Source: Octopus vulgaris
Lineage: Eukaryota
Assembly: GCA_951406725.2 (NCBI GenBank)
Contig: OX597824.1
Location: 12,772,001-12,836,000 of the forward strand
Reading direction: 5' to 3'
DNA length: 64,000 nt
Shown: piece after piece, positions 52,071 to 64,000 of the stretch
Numbering within the stretch: the first letter of the stretch is position 1
How the letters are laid out: the number at the start of each line of letters is the position of its first letter
Program-made: the position numbers and the translations under genes
The notes under the pieces: generated by a model
Database searches by the model: none
What the model saw: the letters and a program-made list of their open reading frames with translations, nothing else
Told to the model about the DNA's origin: nothing

Positions 52071-55000
52071 GTGTAACCCACAATTTCATATTTCGTATAC
52101 GTGATATTGACAGTGATTGTCAATTAAATCTTGTCGGACGACAAGACGTGGGATTTGGTTGTTATTTTTAGCTTCAATCGATCTACGATGGAAACCTTCC
52201 ACTAATCAATTTTTTATACCGAAGACTGCATACTCTGATGTATCATTACGCTTTCATTCTGTAAATTGCAACCTCTGGAAACTCTGGCGAGTATTATGAT
52301 GTTGAGGAACCTCTTGCACAGAGGTTCCATTAGTAATTTGCTATGATAAAAGCCTCCATGCCACGATCTTCCTGCTATCTGGTCTATCAGAAACTACATT
52401 ATACAATGTGTTTTTTTATGGACTATATGATTTGAGGTATTATTAGCTGCTATTACAAGCACATCGAATGAATAGTCAGATGGTTGACGTGAGAACATGT
52501 TTTTAGTTGGTTATCTTTATCTGCTCATGACTATCACGCCTTTTTATATATATATACGTAATGTGTCGCTTTTTATGCCTATTAAAGTATACCTTTATCA
52601 GGGTTTATAATATCTAATATATACTCTCGTCTGTAAATCTGTGATATTTGACGGGGTTCTGGCTACCATTTCTGGTAGTTTTAAGATTGTATTTTCTGTG
52701 TTAAAGATAAGACAAGTTGTTTGTACCTAACAAAAACAACAAAGAATCCAACAGAAATACGGAATTCCCTTCGTCCACTATCGAATTGCCGTTAACAAGA
52801 AAAAGCTTTTGCAAAACAGAACATAAAGCATCAAAGTAAATTGGTGACATTCAGGTATAAAAGTAACAATACAACGAAAATTATAGTCGGAAATATCGCT
52901 AAGAGGAATGAAATATATAGTGGTAATATGCTTGCACAATTTCCTTTGAAAAATTGGGAAAAGAGTAAACAGATGGAGTAGGCAGTTGTTCGACCAACGA
53001 GACCCCGAGATGAGAAACAAAGAAGTATAGAGTAAAATCGTTAGAGAAAATAGAGAAATGTAGAAGCAGAATTGAATTCTGTGTTGTAGAAACGGGGGGA
53101 AATGCAAGGGGGAGGAAATAAAAGCGATGACATTTGTTGACATAAATGACTGACCTTTCTTTTGGGTTATTATCTTCGCTAGGTACATCCAGAAGGGTCT
53201 TCCTTTGAATTCATCTCCTTTCTTTACCAATCCTTCTAAAATCCATTCCGTTTTGCATACAATCACGAAGGTTTCAGAACCAAAATTGAGTCTAAAGATA
53301 CCTCCAAATTGTTTTCGAAGTTCCTTCATCTTTAAATTAATATCTGTGGTTGTAGCCATCTGAGGAATATTTCCAATAATTGGAAAGGCTATTGGACCCG
53401 GGGGTAAATTGTAATTATATTTCGATCTAGTTATAAGCCATCGTGCGAGCAATAAAGTGACTAATCCAATCAGAAGAATTTGTATATTAATAGCTTCTCC
53501 AAAATACGATGCTGAAACATCCATAATCCTATGTTATTGTTGCAATAATGTATCTGTATTTTCGTTAAGAGCCCAACCTTCTTTAGGACGAGTGTGGTTT
53601 GCTTCCGATACACAAATCTGTGCAGATAATAAAATAGTTATGCTTGAAGTCAACCGAATATAAATAGGCTAGTAGTCTTGCAACAGGGTTGCATACAAAA
53701 TCTGTGTCTATAAGAGAGGTCACTTTAACTTGAAGCGCATAAATATTAAGTTCACTATATACTCATGTTGTTTTCCCGCCTGCGGTTTAGCTGGAATAGG
53801 TCATCAACCTATTAATATCACCAAGTAACTACTTGTTTACAATAACTTTTTGTTGGTGTTATATAGTTGCAAGTCAGACTTGATTAGACAGACAGGACAT
53901 AGGGAAGTAGTTTGACATACTGCATATCATATGTGAGGAGATTTTGCAGGTCCAGTGTCAGACTAAATTTGTGGCAATACTGTTTGGGTCCCGCGTTTTC
54001 AAAGACCATACTTTAAATATGTATAATCTATCCATTCCAAATCAGTGACTCTGTGCATCATCAACAACAAGAACAACAAAATCAGTAAATGCTGGAAGAA
54101 CACCAATGCCAGCAGCAACTACAACACCAGCAACAACGGCAACAGTAACACCAACAATACCAACATCTGCAGCAGATGCACCGGCACCGCTTTCAAAAGC
54201 AGAAAGAATAAGAACGGGTACAGACCACATCCATGGGTTTTCCTAGCGGAGCGCTCTCTCACTCCCTCCTCCTCTAAGTCTCCTCTAAACTCAAATATAT
54301 ACATTGACTTGTACCTTAGTTCCACAGATAAGGATACCTCTGCATAACGCAGTGAGAATGAAGGGGCACCCCCAAAAACCAAATAAGAAAATAAATTAAA
54401 GCACAATAAACTTCATGCCCCACACCAAAAACATGGAAAGCACAGCCACAATATTTATAGACACGCCTACCTCAAACACCCTAGCACCACAAGAGATCCA
54501 CCGCTATCACAACCATTACTCCCACAAATGCAACAACCTAGAGAAAGAAAATACCCTCAACAGCAACAAACACTAAACATAACCACAAAACTTTGTGCTA
54601 GTGAGGAGGACGAACAAAGAACTGAGGCTCTCACAGCACGAAGGGATGACATCGAGTGAGGTGTGACCTTCGGCACCAGCACCGTTCAGAAGCGCAACTT
54701 ACGACGTGTAAAAGCTACGATTAGGCTTTTAAGTGAGGCTCCCGAAGGAGTTGAACCTCGGTTGAACCTCTTGACCATCGGTTGAATCACCTTGCCCGGA
54801 GGGTACGACCCACTTTCTCTCTTCTACAAACGGTTTCCTGTCATCGTGGTGGGTTTAACAGTGGTTTGTAGAGTTTAACAGTGGTTCGTGGGCTGAAAGC
54901 AAGGTCGCTGCTCAACGCCCTCGGGCCATTATCTATGTACGTCACGGCCGTCAGTGACAGCATGTTTTCTAAAATATTCACTACGTCAACTCGTGTGCGT

Positions 55001-55323
55001 TTCTAACTTTAAAGGTCCCGCTCCGTTTAAAGATAAAAACTATCGTAAACAATAAAAAAGTAAATATGTAAAGTATTATTACTTTTAAAAACAGTAATAA
55101 TGAAGTGGCTAGCTAGACTTCTACCTAAAAAGGTATAATATAAAATATTTGAAGAAAAGAAAGGCAAAGATACTGCTTGCTAAAAATCAAAGCGAAAGCT
55201 TAAAATAACCACCAATTCTACTACAAATACACACACGAGCAATGCAATGAATATTTTTAAAAATAGGCCCACCTTCATGATGGAATATGAAGGCAGTTAA
55301 TACTTATCCCAATATCAATATCA

Positions 55324-55355
<32 letters not shown>

Positions 55356-55356
55356 G

Positions 55357-55415
<59 letters not shown>

Positions 55416-55431
55416 GTATATATGTATATAA

Positions 55432-56957
<1,526 letters not shown>

Positions 56958-56958
56958 A

Positions 56959-57375
56959 GGCGCAGGAGTGGCTGTGTGGTAAGTAGCTTGCTAACCAACC
57001 ACATGGTTCCTGGTTCAGTCCCACTGCATGGCATCTTGGGCAAGAGTCTTCTGCTATAGCCCCAGGCCGACCAATGCCTTGTGAGTGGATTTGGTAGACG
57101 GAAACTGAAAGAAGCCCGTCGTATATATGTATATATATGTATGCGTGTGTGTTTGTGTGTCTGTGTCTGTCCCCCTAGCATTGCTTGACAACCGATGCTG
57201 GTGTGTTTGCGTCCCCGTCACTTAGCGGTTCGGCAAAAGAGACCGATAGAATAAGTACTGGGCTTACAAAGAATAAGTCCCGGGGTCGATTTGCTCGACT
57301 GAAGGCGGTGCTCCAGCAGGGCCGCAGTCAAATGACTGAAACAAGTAAAAGAGTAACAGAGTAAAGAGTAAAAGA

Positions 57376-57376
<1 letters not shown>
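56959..57376 (+). mobile_element. tRNA-derived SINE, full length
   Basis: Head GGCGCAGGAGTGGCTGTGTGG (A box-like), GGTTCAGTCCC (B box-like), CORE-like cttgggcaag, LINE-like 3' end and a (GAGTAAAA)n tail. Confidence 0.88.
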
Positions 57377-57466
<90 letters not shown>

Positions 57467-57738
57467 TACATATATATATATATATATATATAATTCGGCA
57501 GGAGGACTTAAACGACATGCAAAGGTAAGTGAAGCCCAGTTACAACTGCAGCCGGCTATTACCGGTAAAGCTTCTAGTTACCAATTCTGTATAAGGTATT
57601 GTAGATCTTTGGCTGGGCTAAAAAGTCACATTCGATCACAGCACCAATAACAGTTAAGCTTCGTGCAATGGCCATACCCGATAACGAGGGGGCAGCCATC
57701 ATATATATGTATATGTGTATGTATGTATGTATATATGT

Positions 57739-57803
<65 letters not shown>

Positions 57804-58066
57804 TTAAGACTTCAAAAACCGCTAATGAGAGTTTACAGTAAGTGATCGTCAAACAATACGACGATCGTTTACGTGAAACTCAAATTTCATTTTGCGAAGT
57901 AATTTTAGCTTCAATAAATCGCTTTGTCACTCTTCCTTTGGTATTCGAGGATAATTTTCTCAACAAATACTTCAAACTCACCCAATTTTCTCAACCTTGT
58001 TTTGTACCTGAGTGCACTCATGTGTACATCTCAAGCTCTTTCCTCTCTTTCTCTCTCCCCCTCTCC

Positions 58067-58101
<35 letters not shown>

Positions 58102-58628
58102 TCGCCATGCTTGACACGTGTCACTAAAGTAAACAAGGGGACTAATCAGCACAATTATTGCTAAAAATATGACCGTAGGAGGTTTGTCTCCCTTGTCAGC
58201 TCATTAAAGTAGTGCTTCTTGTGGCTTTTGACTTATTTTGACTCTTATTTCTAGCAATACTGATGCTGATTAGTGTCCTTGTTCACTTGAGTGACGTATA
58301 TATTTCTCCCTTTAGATTTTAAGCCAGCTATATTATTTATTATTCTCACACTACCGTTTATGGAATCAATATTTGATTTCAACGGAAATCTTATGAGCTG
58401 ACAGGGTGAGATGTGTTTAAACCTAGGCGTGGTGAGAACCACTGATGAGCATTAATGTGCGTAAGGATTAAAATGTAAAATTATCGATGATCTAGCTTAA
58501 TCTGCGACTGTAGGGGGCTTTCCTCCCTTATCAGCTCATTATGATGGTACTTTTTGTGACTATTGAGGTGTTTTCACTACTATTTCCAGCAATATTGGTG
58601 CTAGTTATTCGCCTTGTTCACTTTAGTG

Positions 58629-58703
<75 letters not shown>

Positions 58704-60364
58704 TATGTGTATATATGTATATAATATATATAAGTGTGTGTTTGTGTGTATTCACAACCACACACACATTCCCACTCACCACACACTTTTCACTTCCATG
58801 CATTCCCCCACGACACACAATATTCAATCATAAAATCGAACGCAATACACTAGCACACAACACGAACAAGCAGACTATATACACACGCACAGTATAGAGC
58901 CACACACACACTTCGTGTGTGGACATATACATCCATCCATCCATCCATCCATCCATATATACATCCATCCATCCATCCATCCATCCATCCATCCATCCAT
59001 CCATATATACATACATACATGCATACATACATACATACATGCATACATACATACATACATACATACATGCATATATATTTACATACATATATATACCTTT
59101 ACATACACATACATGCATAATCGTGGCTAAACCGAGAAGCGGCATTACTGCGGAACCTGATAGTTTTCTTTTTAACTGGAGTTTTCGCTAAGGACATTTT
59201 TCAGCAGGAAAGCGAACTATTCTTCTTGATTGAAGAATTGTTTTGTAGCCATGACTATTTTTGACAGTGCCTGCCATGGCGACCAGTTGCTGATGTTTAG
59301 CTCACGGCACAGACGCACAGGTGTGTTGAGATAATGATGTCGCAAGCTGGAAAGACATCTATTCACCTACTATCTTAAACACTCTCCTTATGGGTGTTAT
59401 GTCCACGACTCAATAATAGCCGGAAGGAAATCTCTCTTTTACTTACTTGTAACATTTTCTTACTCACAGACATGACAACTGATCTATGAATGTATAGAAT
59501 CTATATTTGCAAACTGTTATAAATTTTGTCCAAAGCAATGGTGATTTAAGGCAGCATGGGTTTCATCGTGTTTTGTTCATTTGGGAATTAGTGACAGGGT
59601 TCGACACAGAACACATGAAAAAAAATCCACTGCAATTCTGCTTCATCTTTCAGTATTTGCTGTCAGGCAAATCCTGCAACATTCTCTCCATGACCTCCAG
59701 AGCACGTTCGGCGTTATTGTACGTTCGCTCCAGACAATCACCGAGCATCTAAGAAGCTTCACGCGGTTCTATAATACCTGATAATTTTGCAATTCACTGA
59801 AACCTTTTTGTGCCACGTCTACTAGAAACTGAAAGTAGATAAAACAGTCACAGACCCAGGAAGGTCTATAACTGTATTATCTACAGTAGAAACAGAGATA
59901 GTTTTGGTTTTTATGTTGACAGATTTTGGTAAAGGAATGTCATTATCGTTCCAGTAGGATCCCCAAGGTAGCACATACCAGTCCCATGTTGCTGAAACTT
60001 TTTCAAAAATAACAGAAAAGACAGCCTTTTGGTGTGCATTTCAGTCTGAATTTGGTTAATATAGAAAATTGTGACTCAAAGAAAATAATAAAATACTGGA
60101 GCTTTATTGATTAAATTAAACATTACAACTATCACATGACTTGTAATTTTATGAAGTTTATGAGTAGATACTACTGCACACATGTTATGTATTGTAGCAT
60201 GTAGGTCAATGAATAGAAATTTATGTAATTTCGTTAAATACCATTTAAAAAATAACAGCATTCTATAAGAATTTGATATCTTTGTACATCAAAGTGATAT
60301 ACTTTCAACTGTACAGCCAGTGTACTGTGAAGTGTTGTCCTCAAATATATAATACAAATATATC

Positions 60365-63283
60365 TCACAGTGGAATTGCACGGATATTATCAGTCACTGG
60401 AACGTAAATAATTCCCGATTGTTTGCCTTCCATTGTCATTGGTGTTTCGTCAGGACTTTCCAGCTTAAATCTTTGTAAGATATTTGAAAAGGCCATGAAA
60501 GTTTCAATATTGGCTAGTGATATTCCTGCACATATTCTGGGACCTACAAATAAAATAGACGATATAAAATACATAGCATAATTAAATGATAGAATATAAT
60601 AAAGTTTGCATTTTGATAAAATATTAAATTTCTATTATACGACGAATAAATTTAAATATCATAGCTCTTGTAATATTTCAGAGAATAAAATATTTCCTGA
60701 ATTAAATTTTAAAAGAAGTTTTATCAATAATGAAGATAACATAAAGAGGCAAAATTTTGCTAATAAAAGGATGATAAATCTTAAGTGAGCAAAAGACCAA
60801 ACTTTCGTAAGAAAAGTATAAAGAATTAATAAGAAGCAGTAGAATATTGCTATTTTATTGACCCTGAAGTGATGACTGCCACCGAAGAACGATTCGAAGC
60901 AGGAGGATGTAAGCTAACACATAAGGTTTTAGCTATGACCTAGCAAACCGACCACGTGTGATCCTTAAACAGGATACCTCAATCTCCAAATGACACATTG
61001 CGATTATAAAAAAAAGGAAGTCACCATCAGTAACATGATAATGTTATTGTCTTCCCTCCTGAATAGGCGTGCCCTATCATTAAAATCTAGTTACAAAACT
61101 TACCCAAAGAGAAAGGCATGTAAGCCTCGTTTTTCTTTAACTCATTATTTTCATCAATCCATCTTTCAGGTCGGAATTCCTCTGGTTTATCCCAATAGTT
61201 CGGATCATAATGAGCATCCATTATATTGAATTGAACAATGGTATGTTTTGGAATATCATAACCTCCTAGTTTTGTGTCTACCGTAGAGGCATGTGGAGCA
61301 GTGAGTGGAGCTGTGAAAAGAAATTTTCTAAATATTAACAATGTTGAGATAAATAGTAATTTGAAATAGGCTGTTTTATCAGCTCATCACATAAGTTCTG
61401 TCCGACTTGTGAATAAAGAAAACAATTGATCAAATGTTATATTTAATTGAAATTTAATCATTAATGTACTTTCTCTGATTATCTATGACTGCCTTCCATC
61501 TATTTACAAGCATTTTAATCCCATGAATGTAAAACTCTTTTGGTTTCAAAGCGAAGAAATGCCCCCAAGAACTCCAGGAAAGCGTTATGAATACGTGCAA
61601 TGGTTCATTGAAGAGGGAGTCGTCAGTCATTGCGTATTCATTGATCAAAATGGGTACAACATTTGGACTAAACGGTGTCGGGAGAAATCGGCCTCGTTCA
61701 CAACTCCATTGGGAACGATACCGTTACACGAAACTCTTTCGAAGGGTTCTTGGCGGGAACAGCTCGAACATGTACTGACATGTTCCCAGCGGATGAATCT
61801 GTCTACTTGATCTACGACAATACGTGGCCACGCATTCGTTGCCGAATTCCAGCTGACGTCGACCCACAAATCAGTCTGAAACTCCTGCCTCCCTACTCAC
61901 CGTTTCTTAATTGTGCGGAAATGGCGCATTCTGCCTTTAAGGCGGCTCTCAAGCAAGACCTCACTTGAGCTGAGTTGCAGCATAGGGTTGGCGACCGGGC
62001 AGCTGCAGAAGAAGCCGACATTTAAAGCCGACATTTAAACTAATCAAATATTATTTTACAGAATAATAGAATTAAAATTTCTTTGATTAAAACCCTTTCT
62101 AACATGGAAGTATCCAAAGAACATTTAAGACACATAATGCTTTATGAGTACAAAAGAGGAAACTCTGCAACCGAAGCGACTCAAAACATACACTCAGTTT
62201 ATAGGAAAGAATGCTTGAATGAAAGAACTCGCAGAAGATGGCTTGCAAAGCTCAGAAATGGAGATTTCAGCATTGAAGATGAAGATCGAACAGGACATCC
62301 AGTTGAGTTTGATGATAAGCTCCTTGAGGAAGTACTTGAAGGAAATCCTGCATTATCAGTTGAAGAATTGGCAATAAAGCGTAGTTCGAACCATACATCT
62401 GTTCATCGTCATCTTCAGCAACTTGGAAAGGTTCCTAACTTGGAAAATGGGTGACCCATGAATTGTCCGAAAGCAACCTCAAATCCCGGGTTAACATCTG
62501 CTCTTCTCTCCATTCTCCATTCTCGCGAACTCATTTCACCCTTTTTGGATAGACTTGTGACTGATGACGAAAATGGATCTTCTATCGAAATGTTAAACGT
62601 CGTAAACAGTGGCTTGGTAAAAGGGAAGAAGCTCAACCACAAAGGAGAAGGGAACTTCTTGGGGAAAAGGTTCTTCTCTCTATCTGGTGAGATTGCAAAG
62701 GAGTAATTCACTTTGAATTGTTACCACCTAATGCAACAATCAATGCTTAAGTCTACTGTCAGCAATTAGAGCGTTTGAACCCAGCTTTGAAAAAAAGGAC
62801 CCGCTTTATTGAATAGAAAAGGAGTGATGTTTTATCAGGAAAATGCACGACCCCAAACTGCAAAGATCACATCACAGAAGATCGAAGAGCTTGGTTGGAA
62901 GAAAATTTCTCATCCACCTTATTCTCCCGACCTTGCTCCTTCAGACTACCATTTGTTTCGTAGTTTATAGAATCATTTGGGGGACATAATATTAGCAAAC
63001 TCACATTTCAGGGTTCTTCGGTCAACTTCATAGTTATATCAACCTCCCATCTAGAGCCCGTGTGCGATGATTCATTTTCTTCTCTCTTTTGTACTAAAAT
63101 CATTTCGTTATTGGACAAATTGTAGAAAATATGGCGCGTGGAATAGCTTCTCTTTAGCAATAAAAGTTATGTCACTGCTTGCTTACCAACAGGAGCAATT
63201 CTCTGGACTTCAAGTAGAGTCGCTGCAACGTATGTCATGTTTCGTTTGTCTTCCATTGTGACTGGTCTATTTAGATCGGTGAT
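60365..63283 (-). CDS. Cytochrome P450 copy D, exons 6-8; 5' exons lie right of the window
   Basis: Exons 63283-63187 (EVQR), 61310-61104 (PERW, FSLG) and 60543-60365 (PRICAG ... RAIPL stop). Exon sizes match B and C (97/207/179) and the frame is open. Confidence 0.92.
61378..61562 (-). mobile_element. Mariner 3' end (transposase C-terminus and terminus), inverted
   Basis: Minus-strand peptide HFFALKPKEFYIHGIKMLVNRWKAVIDNQRKYIND stop matches the mariner C-terminal consensus. Confidence 0.75.
61563..62020 (+). mobile_element. Tc1/IS630-like DDE transposase fragment
   Basis: Peptides CVFIDQNGYN, LIYDN and LLPPYSPFLNCAE across frameshifted ORFs. Confidence 0.7.
62030..62985 (+). mobile_element. 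Mariner transposase pseudogene (HTH and catalytic domain)
   Basis: ORF 62083-62454 gives HLRHIMLYEYKRGNSATEA. Downstream are WVTHEL (WVPHEL-like), QENARP and YSPDLAPSDYHLF, with stops and frameshifts. Confidence 0.92.
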
Positions 63284-63761
63284 CTGGAATTAACAATTCG
63301 TTACAATGAATATCTATATTTTGATACTCTAATTGTGTGTGTGTGTGCGTTTGTTTGTGCGTGTGTGCGTGTGCCTACGTGTGTATATAATCCATTCATT
63401 CTTTATACGAACTGAATATGCTAATCACAGTTGTATTTCTGATTCGTAGAATACATCCTTCCAAAGGAATGTGTGTCCACAATGTGCTCTATTCATGATG
63501 GAAATGGGAAATTGAGACCCTGCAAAGTTTCTGCTTGGTTGCGTCTATTCTGTCGAAGTTAGCTCTAAATCGATGATCTCGTCAAGAACACTGGGTCTTA
63601 TTTATGAAATGAATTGTTCTCATCCGGCGAAATACGACAGCGTTTAGCATATTTATGTTTGAATCTGACGCAACGACTTATGGATGCAAATGTGTATCAT
63701 TTTGTTTGCATATATGCATGTGTGTGTATGTATGTATGTACATATATGTCTACGTATATAC

Positions 63762-63799
<38 letters not shown>

Positions 63800-63955
63800 T
63801 TGTGTGAGTGTGTATGTATATATGTTTGTTTGCATGTATGTATGTATGTATATGTATATAGGTATATTGGTGCAAAAAGAAAAAATATGCGTATATGTGT
63901 ACTTTTATTAATATTAAGCATTTTTAGTAATATTTTGGAGAAGTAAGTGGGTAAA

Positions 63956-63991
<36 letters not shown>

Positions 63992-64000
63992 ACACACACA

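Noticed and set aside
56959-57030. tRNA gene
   Set aside because: The A/B boxes belong to a SINE head; there is no complete cloverleaf and the sequence continues into SINE body.

Overview
AT-rich, microsatellite-saturated animal genomic DNA. The SINE, RTE and LINE repertoire suggests an octopus or other cephalopod; this is an inference. The backbone is a head-to-tail array of four minus-strand, 8-exon clan-2-like cytochrome P450 genes spaced about 22 kb apart. Copy A (exons 1-5) and copy D (exons 6-8) run off the window edges. Copies B and C are complete (1500-nt model) but each has one frameshift in a simple repeat. Paralog differences cluster at substrate-recognition sites, and the repeat units are mosaics of each other. 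Introns and spacers hold LINE, RTE and Penelope fragments, tRNA-derived SINEs, mariner and Tc1 remnants, a Helitron and a solo LTR, many inserted in (TA)n tracts. The least expected signal is several type I hammerhead ribozyme motifs. These are a 493-bp tandem retrozyme-like array with an unusual 58-nt helix II insertion (37.3-38.7 kb), a palindrome with a hammerhead on each strand (19.6-19.9 kb), and a dispersed ~200-bp element carrying a minimal hammerhead. Most short ORFs in the supplied track are microsatellite artefacts.
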